Part shown: positions 49,858 through 58,927 of the stretch, piece by piece
Numbering within the stretch: the first letter of the stretch is position 1
Layout: every line of letters begins with the position of its first letter
Assembly (NCBI GenBank): GCA_041483895.1
Contig: JBGPGO010000001.1
Location: 320,001-384,000, forward strand
Reading direction: 5' to 3'
DNA: 64,000 nt
From: Fimbriimonadia bacterium
GTDB lineage: Bacteria; Armatimonadota; Fimbriimonadia; Fimbriimonadales; JABRVX01
Translations under genes and position numbers: made by a program
The notes under the pieces: model-generated
What the model was told of the DNA's origin: nothing
Database searches by the model: none
What the model saw: the letters and a program-made list of their open reading frames with translations, nothing else

Positions 49858-50472
49858 CGTCGATCGGGGATAACGGAAGTGGCCGGAGATGGGCCATTTT
49901 GCGAGGCAGTCCTCTTCCGCGATACCGCCTAGGTTGTGAATGACGTACGGCAAGTCGTGGGAGTTGAGCTTGTTGGACAGAACGCCGCAATGATCCAGGC
50001 CGCTGTCCAGCTTCCAATAGACAATGTCACCTGGCTGCCACACCGATTTATCATCGAATCTTGTGGTCAGTTCTTGGCCGTGGTGAGTGAAGAACACCAT
50101 CTGATTGGGGACCCGGCGATGGTCGATGTTTGCGTCCGGGGCGACAGTCGAACCCACCAGCGGATATAGCGCTAGATGATTTGTTTTGTCTTCGAAAATG
50201 AGGCTTTGAAGGTCCAACCCGCAGCCACGAAGGGCACGGATCACCACGTCTGTGCACACGCCGCGATCGCGCGGCAGGTCTCCGTTCGGGTACTCGATCT
50301 TCACATAGCCGGGGGAATATCTCGTCTTCCAAGTCAGCTCTTCCCGCGCCGCAGCCAGTATTCTCCGAGCAGATGGGGTGAGTGAATCTGGCGCTAAAGT
50401 CGTCGTCGCACCGTCGTGTTGGCGGCAAGATGCTGCCATAAGAGCAATCCATATTGTTAAGACCAGCCGCAT
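48865..50472 (-). CDS. DUF1287 (YijF-like) lipoprotein; the domain ends at about 49867 but the frame has no stop until 48865
   Basis: Lipobox AASC; YSPGYVKIEYPNGD, GVCTDVVIRA, NIDHRRVPN, WQPGDIVYW, HCG and GHFRYP. Confidence 0.75.
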   Translation of the reverse strand: MRLVLTIWIALMAASCRQHDGATTTLAPDSLTPSARRILAAAREELTWKTRYSPGYVKIEYPNGDLPRDRGVCTDVVIRALRGCGLDLQSLIFEDKTNHLALYPLVGSTVAPDANIDHRRVPNQMVFFTHHGQELTTRFDDKSVWQPGDIVYWKLDSGLDHCGVLSNKLNSHDLPYVIHNLGGIAEEDCLAKWPISGHFRYPRSTLLIHSHADPRSQRGLCGGEAGDGDAEGRTTDIREADAVAEIYGRRIAAVLAADTHLDARIRGVPQLYGHLDQLPNPRLIQFRKRVDRQDALIGVALQELALRVVAAETERGLRQVVCAEAEELGIRRYLIGGKAGARQLDHGAELVVHPRVVLRQHCLNHRFQLLAHKFQFIDMAHQWDHDLRQHLDPLFLHVDRRLQNRRHLHLDNLREKNRKAHAAQPEHRVGLAHPLHFFQQRLPLRQLRRVIAAHAQFCYFLNQFRMLRKEFMQRRVQEANRHRLGSHRSEDADEIFSLERQQLGQRHAPVVFRLRQDHMLHDGQSILEEHVLRAA

Positions 50473-50616
50473 GGCTGAATGGTACCGTGTTTCGACATTC
50501 CACCCGAGGAGGCATCTGGTGTGCATTGCAGATACGATGCTGGCTCAAGTCTGATTCTGAACTTTGGAGTCGTTTTCCGCTAGCAGATTTCTTCTGCTAT
50601 GGATACAATACCTCTA

Positions 50617-51714
50617 ATGACAACCGCCGAGTTGAAGGCAACGTGCCGGACGAAGGGGTTTGACTTGGTCGGTATCGCGCCTGCGGTTCCACCGCCGCAT
50701 TATGCCGAGTACCTGCGCTGGCTGCGGGATGAGATGCATGGCGAGATGTCCTATATGTCGCGCCATGCTCCGCTCCGGGCCTCGCTGGAGAATCTTCTAC
50801 CGGGGGCCAAGTCCGTTATCGTCGTTGGGTTGAACTATGCCCGACCGAAGAACCCCCACCCTAACCCTCCCCCTTACTCGCTTCGCTCGCAAGAGGGAGG
50901 GGATCGCCCAATCCCTTCACAGTCGCACTGTGAAGGGGCGAGGGGACGCATCGCAAAGTATGCGTGGGGGCGGGACTATCATGCCGTCATCCGCAAGCGG
51001 CTGAAGCGGGTGGGGCGGTGGCTGGAGGAGCGGGAGTCGGGCGCGCTATGGCGGGTGTGCGTGGATTCCGCTCCTGTGCTGGAACGCGACTACGCGATGC
51101 TTGCGGGGATCGGGTGGTTTGGGAAGAATACGATGATCATCAACTCGCACCGCGGGTCCTATTTCCTGATTGGTTGCTTGCTGACGACGTTGGAGTTGGA
51201 GCCCGACGCGCCGGCGGTGGGTGGATGCGGGACCTGCCGCGCATGCATCGACGCCTGCCCGACGGGGGCGATCGTTGTGAAAAATAACAATGATGTGTCG
51301 GGGTTCACTGACAGCAATACCCCTTCAAACACCAACTCCAAAGACCCCGACACGCATACATACGCAATCGATGCCCGAAGGTGCATCAGCTACCTGACCA
51401 TCGAAAAGCGCGGGGAGATCGATCCCGATCTGCAGCCGCTGATGGGCGATTGGGTGTTCGGGTGCGACGTGTGCCAAGACGTCTGCCCGTTCAACCACCC
51501 CCGCGAAAATGCCCCCTCGCGCGCCGCACCAACCCAAGACACCGACATGGCCCCGCGCCTCGATCCGAACCCATCGCTCTCCGATCTCGTCCTCTTATCG
51601 CCGGAGGAATTCACGCAGCGTTACGCGGGCACGGCCGTGATGCGCGCCAAACGCGACGGAATGACAAGGAACGCGGAAATCGCCGCCAAGAACCATGACA
51701 CTCCATTGCCATAA
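50617..51714 (+). CDS. queG: tRNA epoxyqueuosine(34) reductase
   Basis: YAWGRDYH, VDSAPVLER, GWFGKN, CGTCRACIDACPT, CISYLTIE and GCDVCQDVCP. Confidence 0.93.
   Translation: MTTAELKATCRTKGFDLVGIAPAVPPPHYAEYLRWLRDEMHGEMSYMSRHAPLRASLENLLPGAKSVIVVGLNYARPKNPHPNPPPYSLRSQEGGDRPIPSQSHCEGARGRIAKYAWGRDYHAVIRKRLKRVGRWLEERESGALWRVCVDSAPVLERDYAMLAGIGWFGKNTMIINSHRGSYFLIGCLLTTLELEPDAPAVGGCGTCRACIDACPTGAIVVKNNNDVSGFTDSNTPSNTNSKDPDTHTYAIDARRCISYLTIEKRGEIDPDLQPLMGDWVFGCDVCQDVCPFNHPRENAPSRAAPTQDTDMAPRLDPNPSLSDLVLLSPEEFTQRYAGTAVMRAKRDGMTRNAEIAAKNHDTPLP
50853..50937. repeat. Family B (degenerate) plus family A (exact) palindromes in frame within queG
   Basis: cccccaccctaaccctcccc...gggagggg, then atcccttcacagtcgcactgtgaaggg, identical to 46278-46304. 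Confidence 0.85.
51295..51353. repeat. Family C inverted repeat in frame within queG
   Basis: gtgtcggggt...accccgacac; same termini and same 59-nt length as the intergenic element at 58203-58261. Confidence 0.75.
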
Positions 51715-52624
51715 CTGCAAGCGCACAACGGACACGATATACACGCGGAATCCGCTCGCCCGCCGCTGCCGCATTTGTCAAACCGAGATTGACCTATCGC
51801 GGATCACTGGAGAAGAAATCAGATTCCTGCTGCAATCGGGTGATGATACTGCGACTGATTTCGTCGAAGAGCTTTTGGCGACCACCGACAATCCTGCGCT
51901 GCTTCGGCAGTTTATCGATCTGTGGCAACGTCGATTAAAGGAGCTAGATCGCCTGGCATTGCTGGCTCCGATATTCCTGGGGACCAGCGCGGTCGGCATT
52001 CTTGTCGGACTTGCTTGGACTTTGATCGGGCAAGGTCCTGTCTGGGGCTCGCCGATAATCGGGATCGCGCTCGCAGCCATGAGTCTTGTACCCGCCATCG
52101 CATGGATCCGGGATCATGGCCGGGCCAAGGAAATGCGCAGTGCCATCGAGGAGCTACAGCCCCGGCTGTGCAATCGCTGGCATTCACCGATATCGCTGCC
52201 GATTCTTGGGCGATTCATTGTCCTTGATGGCCTCACCGGCAAGGCTCACAAGAGATTCCTAGAACTCGCGCCGGACATAACGCAGACTGACGCAGATAGG
52301 TATGATCGCTCGGATTGGGAGGTTTTCACGAAGCTGCTGCGGTGGTATCAACAATACGATGACGTGCTCACTTCCTGCTTGATCAACCTGCTCGGTCAAT
52401 CGGGACACGAACCCGCGATCCCGATTCTCGCGGCAGTGGCGCGGCAGGCCAAAGACGACCAGATCGCCGCCGCCGCTGAGCAAGCCTTCTTCCAAATCAA
52501 AGCCCGGCTTTCCAATGCTTCGCTCCTCCGATCCTCCACCGATCCCAGCGCGGACAAGGACACTTTGTTGCGGAAACCGGCAGTGGACGAAAGCACTCTT
52601 GACCTGCTCCGCCCGGCGGAGTGA
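51695..52624 (+). CDS. Hypothetical protein: Zn ribbon, 2 TM, HEAT-like tail
   Basis: CHNC...CRIC; two TM helices; LINLLGQSGHEPAIPIL...AAAAEQA. Confidence 0.65.
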   Translation: MTLHCHNCKRTTDTIYTRNPLARRCRICQTEIDLSRITGEEIRFLLQSGDDTATDFVEELLATTDNPALLRQFIDLWQRRLKELDRLALLAPIFLGTSAVGILVGLAWTLIGQGPVWGSPIIGIALAAMSLVPAIAWIRDHGRAKEMRSAIEELQPRLCNRWHSPISLPILGRFIVLDGLTGKAHKRFLELAPDITQTDADRYDRSDWEVFTKLLRWYQQYDDVLTSCLINLLGQSGHEPAIPILAAVARQAKDDQIAAAAEQAFFQIKARLSNASLLRSSTDPSADKDTLLRKPAVDESTLDLLRPAE

Positions 52625-52639
52625 GATAGAATACGCCCA

Positions 52640-53485
52640 ATGGCAGACACCATCAAACGATGCTACTGCAACACGTGCCAGGCTGTGACCGATGGCATCC
52701 ATCGCGCCGATAAACAGAACTGGCAATGCCGCGCGTGCGAAAAGATTCAAGACCTGCCGGACACAATCAAGGAGAACCTCCGCCGCATGATCGCGATCCG
52801 GTCGCCGGAGGTCGTCAGCTACATGGTCAGCAGGCTATCGACCACATACGACGAAGGGATGCTGCGCGCCTTTTACGAACTTTGGAAATCGAGGCGCGCG
52901 AAAATCCGGGACCTTGCCATTTGGTGTCCGATCGCCGTTCTCCTTTCCCTGCTCTGCTTTGGCATCGCGGTGTTGACCTGGATAATGATGTTCAAAATCG
53001 GTTTCAACGTTGGGGTTCTGGCCGTTTCGATCTTGCTCCTTTTGATGGGTGTGTTTCCCATCGCCTGGTTCTATCGGGATTGGCGGATTGCGAAGGGGTT
53101 TGCGACAAACATCGAAACGATGAAAGAGCAGCTTCTGAGCGGTTGGCAAACGCCATACGCCGCGCCGTTCCTTGCGCGCTTTATCGCTGACGGAAGGGCA
53201 AACGCCGCCGCGCGGGTGATCTTCGGAATGGTGGCCGCCAAAGCGAGGGAAATCACCGTGACCCGATTTACGAAAGATGATTTCGAAGCGATCCTTCGCC
53301 TGCTAAATCCCTCGTCCGAGCTAGCATTGCCCACGATCCAACTTTTGGGACTTTCCGCCTATCAACCCGGGATAGCGCGACTGAAGAAATTTGCCGATGC
53401 TTCTCCAGATCTTCATGACGCCGCTATTACCGCCATCCAGGCAATCGAGTGGCGCCTACAGAGGGACGCCCTGGTTCGAAAATAA
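52640..53485 (+). CDS. Hypothetical protein: Zn ribbon, 2 TM, HEAT-like tail (paralog of the previous gene)
   Basis: CNTC...CRAC; two TM helices; IQLLGLSAYQPGI...AAITAIQAI. Confidence 0.65.
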   Translation: MADTIKRCYCNTCQAVTDGIHRADKQNWQCRACEKIQDLPDTIKENLRRMIAIRSPEVVSYMVSRLSTTYDEGMLRAFYELWKSRRAKIRDLAIWCPIAVLLSLLCFGIAVLTWIMMFKIGFNVGVLAVSILLLLMGVFPIAWFYRDWRIAKGFATNIETMKEQLLSGWQTPYAAPFLARFIADGRANAAARVIFGMVAAKAREITVTRFTKDDFEAILRLLNPSSELALPTIQLLGLSAYQPGIARLKKFADASPDLHDAAITAIQAIEWRLQRDALVRK

Positions 53486-53489
53486 CGGG

Positions 53490-55241
53490 CTACGGCGCTA
53501 CCTTGATCCAGTCGTCCCAGGTGGTGAAGAGGGCCAGAGTCAACAAGCTGTAATTGCTGTTGTAGCTTCCCGCAGGGGACCAATTGATTGCCAATCCATG
53601 ACTCTTCGGGTGCAGGTCGCCGTGGGAGTTGGCGACAATCGCGTTGTTGATTCGCGTCTGCAAAAAGGCGGCGGACGTGGTGAGATTCGCATCGTTGGCC
53701 TTTACGATAATTTCGTCGCACGCATCATACAGATCAACATAGTCGTTATATCCGTACTGCACGCCGTAATGCTCCGATACCTGGCGCGCATTGCCTAATT
53801 CAACGGTGAAGAACGCCTTCTTCGATATCAACAGCGTCGCGAGATTGGTGAGAGCGTTCCCAAGGTCCGGCAGCTTGCTCTCATCGATGGAAGACTGCGT
53901 GATATTCGATGAGGTCCCGTATGCGTTGATCATCTCCTCAACGAATACTTTGCTGAAATCCTTCACGCTCATGTCGCCGTTGAGCGCAAGCCGGCCGAAG
54001 ATCGCATCGTACGGATACCCCGCGCCGGGCGGACTCTCTTCCGATCCGACCACAAAAGAGGTCACGTCCTTGAGCTCGAACGCCACCTCCATCATCTGAA
54101 GCAGGCTGGCGTCCCAGGCGATCAGATCGATCTTGGGAGTGTGGCTGGTGGATTGCGCCAACTCCCACGTGGCGATGTGGTTGCCGGTCTCGTCGTCGAA
54201 GGAGACCCCGCGTCCGCCGCCGCCGACCGCGCGGCCCCGCCAGCCGGAACCGTGATCCCACATCACCAACACCGTGTGGTCCGCCGGGTAGTTCGCCATT
54301 CCCCAATCGACAAACGCGCGCAGCGTGTGCCAATCACCCATGTCGATCCCCGGCCCCATGTCCTGCAATAGCTGGGAATTGATCGTGTTGGTGTTGTCGT
54401 GCTTTACGAGATATCGCCGCGTCCCGGTCCAGTCGCTGCTGAACTGCGAAATTCGTTTCCACTGCACCACCGTCCGCACGTCGGCGTTGGTGGCCGCGAA
54501 CTCCATCTGATTCACATTCGGGGTGCTGAACGGGTCGAGGTCGTTGGCCGCGTTGAGATAGACGAGGATGGTGTATTTGGTCTTTACCGGCGGGCCGGAA
54601 GTGACCTGGAGCGTGACGTTGGCGCTCTTGCTATTCGATATATTGGTCGCGGTGATGCCCGCGGAGCCCTCGCTGACGCCGGTCGCCAGGCCCGTGTTGG
54701 TGATCGTCGCCGTACCAGTGGCATCGGACTGCCAGGACCAATCGTTGGTCGCGGTGTAGATGTTGGTGCCGATGCTGTCTTGGAGGACCGCGGCGAGCTG
54801 GAGGGTTTTTGTGGCCTGGACCGTGGGGTTGGTGGGTGTGATTTTGACGGATAGATTCGCGCTGCTGAAGGCCGTTATGAACGGTGTGGGCAGGCCGCCG
54901 GTCACCGGTTTGTCGGTCAGGATCTGGGCGAAGGCTGCGCCGGTGCCGTTGTTGCTCGTGTAAGCATCGGCCTGGATTCGGTAGGTCCCGCCAGCAAGGC
55001 TGCCGAATTCGCCGGTCGCGGTCGGCTGGCCGGACACGCGCGGGATTACGCCCTGGGCGACCTGGGTGGCGCCGCTAAAGAGGGTGATCTTGACGCTTTG
55101 CGGATCGTTGCCGCCCGCCCCAACACCCCACTGGACGGTGTAGACGAGCGAGCCAACGGACAGCACGCCCCCGCCCCCGCCGCATCCGGGCGCACACGCC
55201 AACGCGATCAGCCCCACTGCAATCCATTGCCAACGTCTCAA
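53490..55241 (-). CDS. Clostripain-family (C11) lipoprotein with an Ig-like (Big_2) domain; catalytic Cys replaced by Ser
   Basis: Lipobox APGC; WSWQSD...TITNTGLATGVSEG; YLNAANDL, DMGD, YPA...WDHGSGW, WDASLLQ.MEV and SEE. Confidence 0.85.
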   Translation of the reverse strand: MRRWQWIAVGLIALACAPGCGGGGGVLSVGSLVYTVQWGVGAGGNDPQSVKITLFSGATQVAQGVIPRVSGQPTATGEFGSLAGGTYRIQADAYTSNNGTGAAFAQILTDKPVTGGLPTPFITAFSSANLSVKITPTNPTVQATKTLQLAAVLQDSIGTNIYTATNDWSWQSDATGTATITNTGLATGVSEGSAGITATNISNSKSANVTLQVTSGPPVKTKYTILVYLNAANDLDPFSTPNVNQMEFAATNADVRTVVQWKRISQFSSDWTGTRRYLVKHDNTNTINSQLLQDMGPGIDMGDWHTLRAFVDWGMANYPADHTVLVMWDHGSGWRGRAVGGGGRGVSFDDETGNHIATWELAQSTSHTPKIDLIAWDASLLQMMEVAFELKDVTSFVVGSEESPPGAGYPYDAIFGRLALNGDMSVKDFSKVFVEEMINAYGTSSNITQSSIDESKLPDLGNALTNLATLLISKKAFFTVELGNARQVSEHYGVQYGYNDYVDLYDACDEIIVKANDANLTTSAAFLQTRINNAIVANSHGDLHPKSHGLAINWSPAGSYNSNYSLLTLALFTTWDDWIKVAP

Positions 55242-55260
55242 GTCATTGCCTCCCACTAGG

Positions 55261-55371
55261 TTGTCATTCCGAGAACGTTGTCATTCCGAGCCTGTCGAGA
55301 AATCCCTTTCGGAAGGTCGTCAATAGTTGGAGGCTCCTGAAAGGGATTCCTCGACAGGCTCGGAATGACAA
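55261..55371. repeat. GTCATTCCGAG-type long inverted repeat with a partial tandem duplication
   Basis: 33-bp arms at 55278-55310 and 55339-55371 (1 mismatch); extra ttgtcattccgag at 55261-55273. Confidence 0.88.
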
Positions 55372-55475
55372 AACCGCCTGATGCGACCGGTCTCCTGACC
55401 GGAACCGCATATCCGACGCGCGGACAGGCACGCCGGTTCGGCCCCTATTATGGCCGGGCGGTGCTATAATCGGCC

Positions 55476-57461
55476 ATGCGATGGGCGTTTCCCGTAGCCC
55501 TGCTGACACTTTCTCTCGCCGGCTGCCACACGACGCCGAAGCCGCCTGCCGCGCAGATCCCCCTCGCCCCGCCCGATCCGTGGAAGATCGTCTGCCTCAC
55601 ACCGCCGGAGGACGGGCTGTATCTCTCCAACGGACTCATCGGCCTAAAGGTCGGCCCGGCTGGAGATGGGCGGGACAAGGACGGGAGGCCCTGCCATGTC
55701 TTCCTGGCAGATCGGTATGACAACAACAGCATTACTCCGCGCACAAGTCCGCTGTATCTCGACCTCGAAGTGGGAGGACAAGCCCTCATTCCCAAGGGGC
55801 CGTCTAAATATCGCCAAGAATTGAACATGCGCAACGGTTTGCTCACAACGACTTGGACTCAAACGTCGTCGAGCGGCGGAAAGACATCAGTGAAGGTGGA
55901 GATGCTGCTGGATAGGTTCGATCCATCCGTCGCGGCCCTGCAGTACAGCCTCACATCCGACAAGGACGGGACGCTGACGGCCATCCCGGCAACGGATCCA
56001 CGCTCCCTACATTCTCCTCTTGCCGGCGAGATTGACTACAGCGGCTGGCGGTTCAGGCTCCATCAGGACGCAAAAACTATTAGCGCCAATAAGGTGACTG
56101 AGATAATGTTGCGCGCCGGCAGAACGACGACATTCTTCTTGCTGTGCGTCCATCGGGAAACGGCGAATATCAGGTCCGATATCCGCAGGTTTACCGATGT
56201 TCTGGATGAAAATTCGCGAAAGTGGGAAGAGCTTTGGAAAGGCGACATCGAGATCGACGGCGACGTCGCCGACCAACAACGGGTGCGGAGCTGGCTATTC
56301 AACCTGTATCAGACGGCGTGGGTCCATCCCCTGCCGCCGATGGGGTTGTCGTCGGACATCTACGCCGGCCGCATCTTTTGGGACCAGGAGATCTGGATGG
56401 AGCCAGCGCTCTTGCCGTTTCAGCCCGATACAGTCAAGCTCCTTTTGTGGTGGAGATACGATCATCTGAAGGACGCCGAGGCGAACGCGAAGTCCAAGGG
56501 TTTCGACGGCGCGATGTTTCCGTGGGAGTCCACGCCGGACGGCAAAGAAGGCGCGCCACCGGAATTCCAAAACGAGATTCACGTCAGTGGAGACATTCTT
56601 TTCGCATGGAATCGATACTTATTGTGGACTCCGGAACCCGTTGGCCAGTTTTGGGGAACTCCGCGTTATCCCGCGTTGGCGTATCAGATCCCGAAGTTCT
56701 ACGCCAGCCGGATCAAGAACGGCCAGATCAATGGCGTCGTCAGCCCGGACGAAGGGGACTTGGTAGACAACGATCTCTACACTAACGCGCAAGCTGCATG
56801 GTGTTTACGGGAAGGCGCTAGATTTCAACCCATCCTTGGACCAGAATGGCGGAAGATCGCCGATTCCATCAAGCTCCCGAAAGACCCCAAGACCGGAATG
56901 TACCTCACCTACGACCGGGACATGGGCCGGGCCTACAAGCAGGCCGCCGCGCTGCTCGTCCTCTACCCGCTCGGCATGAAAATGCCGAAAACGGATCAGG
57001 AGCGCATGTTCGATTTCTACAAAGACAAGACCATTGAATCCGGCCCGGCCATGTCGGACGCCATCAACTCCATCATCGCCGCCAAACTGGGCAGACCCGA
57101 AGAGGCCGAGAAGTACTTTCGTAAAAGCTACGAGGGCTTTGTCGGCAAGAACGGGCTGCAGTTTTCCGAGAAGAGGAAGGGCACGAGGCGGACCTACTTC
57201 CTGACCGGCGCGGGCGGATGTCTACAAACCGTTCTTTACGGGTTCGCCGGGCTTGACATTCTGCCGACCAATGAAATAAATATGTCGGCAGGAGCGCCCA
57301 AAATGGTGGCGAAACAGCTTGACAGCGGTTATAGTTTAGTAGTGAACCCCACCCTGCCCAAAGGCTGGACCAAACTGATTTTGCGAGGAATTCACGCGAG
57401 AGGAAAAACATTCACCATCGAAATCTCGCCCAAAGGAGCACAGATACATGAAGGAGGCTAA
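55476..57461 (+). CDS. Glycoside hydrolase family 65 lipoprotein
   Basis: Lipobox LAGC; LSNGLIG, YAGRIFWDQEIW, GAMFPWES, EIHVSGDI, SPDE, YTN, KQA and FLTGAGG.LQ...GF.G. Confidence 0.88.
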   Translation: MRWAFPVALLTLSLAGCHTTPKPPAAQIPLAPPDPWKIVCLTPPEDGLYLSNGLIGLKVGPAGDGRDKDGRPCHVFLADRYDNNSITPRTSPLYLDLEVGGQALIPKGPSKYRQELNMRNGLLTTTWTQTSSSGGKTSVKVEMLLDRFDPSVAALQYSLTSDKDGTLTAIPATDPRSLHSPLAGEIDYSGWRFRLHQDAKTISANKVTEIMLRAGRTTTFFLLCVHRETANIRSDIRRFTDVLDENSRKWEELWKGDIEIDGDVADQQRVRSWLFNLYQTAWVHPLPPMGLSSDIYAGRIFWDQEIWMEPALLPFQPDTVKLLLWWRYDHLKDAEANAKSKGFDGAMFPWESTPDGKEGAPPEFQNEIHVSGDILFAWNRYLLWTPEPVGQFWGTPRYPALAYQIPKFYASRIKNGQINGVVSPDEGDLVDNDLYTNAQAAWCLREGARFQPILGPEWRKIADSIKLPKDPKTGMYLTYDRDMGRAYKQAAALLVLYPLGMKMPKTDQERMFDFYKDKTIESGPAMSDAINSIIAAKLGRPEEAEKYFRKSYEGFVGKNGLQFSEKRKGTRRTYFLTGAGGCLQTVLYGFAGLDILPTNEINMSAGAPKMVAKQLDSGYSLVVNPTLPKGWTKLILRGIHARGKTFTIEISPKGAQIHEGG

Positions 57462-57467
57462 CGCGCG

Positions 57468-58196
57468 ATGCCAACTGTCGCAGTAACCGTAGACTGTGAA
57501 GCGGCCAACGAGGGCCGCTGCCACACCCCCGAGATCGTTCAGATCGCCGAAGAGTTCATGATCCCCATCACTTGGATGATTTACGTTTCCGAAAAGAACC
57601 CCACAAGCAACGCAGACCTCTATTACCGAGAGTTTCTCCACCGAATCCCGTCCTGGCACGAAATTGGGCTCCACTGTCACTTTGAGGATCAGACCGGCTA
57701 TGTGGAGAATGAAAAGGTCCGCGCCCAGATTATTCGGATGGGCAAGGACATCCTGAAGTCACATTTGATTAAGCCTACATCGTTCCGCGCCGGATGTTTT
57801 GCCTTGATACCGCCGGACCTGAAGTATTTGGAAGATATCGGCATTATGGTGGACAGCAGCCCGGTTCCGGACAGCGATTACAAGATGTTCGTCGATTGGA
57901 CCGGCGCTCCAAAGCAGCCCTATCATCCCGATTATAACGATTGCCGGAAACAGGGGACGGCGAAGCTGCTTTGCATTCCCGTTTCGGTTGGAGCGAGCCA
58001 GCCCGCGTATATGGACAAGCCGGAGGCCGTGCAGGAGGTTGTCGAGACCTCCGGGAGCACGGACGGCGTCATCTGTCTGGGGACCCATGACTATACGAAC
58101 AACCTCGGGCTGCTGCGAGATGCCATTGCACAGCTTCGCTCGAAGGGCGCGCAGTTCCGGACGCTGACAGCCATCGCGTCGGAAAGACCGATTTAG
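57468..58196 (+). CDS. Polysaccharide deacetylase-like (NodB/CE4 fold) protein
   Basis: TVDCE, HEIGLHCH, SFRAG and VDSS. Confidence 0.8.
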   Translation: MPTVAVTVDCEAANEGRCHTPEIVQIAEEFMIPITWMIYVSEKNPTSNADLYYREFLHRIPSWHEIGLHCHFEDQTGYVENEKVRAQIIRMGKDILKSHLIKPTSFRAGCFALIPPDLKYLEDIGIMVDSSPVPDSDYKMFVDWTGAPKQPYHPDYNDCRKQGTAKLLCIPVSVGASQPAYMDKPEAVQEVVETSGSTDGVICLGTHDYTNNLGLLRDAIAQLRSKGAQFRTLTAIASERPI

Positions 58197-58202
58197 GAGG
58201 TC

Positions 58203-58302
58203 GTGTCGGGGTCTGAGAAAATTGGTCAGCGAAAGGGATTGCCTGGCGAGGACCCCGACACAACGTTTTTTCTCCCTTCACAATCCCTATTGTGAAGGGA
58301 GA
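58203..58302. repeat. Composite: family C inverted repeat (58203-58261) plus family A palindrome (58271-58302)
   Basis: gtgtcggggtc...gaccccgacac, then tctcccttcacaat-ccct-attgtgaagggaga; between convergent genes. Confidence 0.85.
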
Positions 58303-58327
58303 ATCTTAACCCGCAGCCACAGGAAAA

Positions 58328-58927
58328 TCATTTCTTGGCGAGCCAGGATTTGACGTCGCGTGCGCTGATGACCTGGACCGTCGGGGTGGCCTCCGCGAGA
58401 AAATCCTGGTAATGCGATTCGGCGAGGTCTCCGGACCGAACGAACTCATCGAACATCGCCTTCAATACCACCTCTTCGGTCGGCTGCGCAACAAACACAT
58501 CCACCCAGACGCCCGGCTCGTCCTCCGCGCTCTTGTACGCCACCGCGCCGATCCAGAAGTCCGAATCCGGACCCGAGGACGGCCCGGCAGGGGCGGATGC
58601 CGCTGCCCCCAAAGCAGTGCCGGAACCCATCGTCCATGCCCCATCGAAAACCTTGAAACCGTCCTGCTTCAGTTTGTGCGCGAAGTCATCCGCCTCTTGC
58701 CGGCCCCCGATCAGCATCTCGGCGACGATCAGCAGGTCCTCCTGGGGATTCGCGTAGCTCACGTGCAAGACGTACCCCGCCGGCCCCGACTGCCCGCCGA
58801 ACCCGGCGTTCGAGCTCACCTGTTGTGGGAGCGCGGCCATCTGTTGATATACGGCCCGATCCGAACTACTGCGATCGTGGCGCTTGACCGCTTCCACAAA
58901 ATCATCGATCGAAACAATTAAGAGCAT
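58328..58927 (-). CDS. Hypothetical protein
   Basis: AGGGA/GGAG upstream of ATG; overlaps the upstream gene; plausible globular sequence but no family recognised. Confidence 0.65.
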   Translation of the reverse strand: MLLIVSIDDFVEAVKRHDRSSSDRAVYQQMAALPQQVSSNAGFGGQSGPAGYVLHVSYANPQEDLLIVAEMLIGGRQEADDFAHKLKQDGFKVFDGAWTMGSGTALGAAASAPAGPSSGPDSDFWIGAVAYKSAEDEPGVWVDVFVAQPTEEVVLKAMFDEFVRSGDLAESHYQDFLAEATPTVQVISARDVKSWLAKK

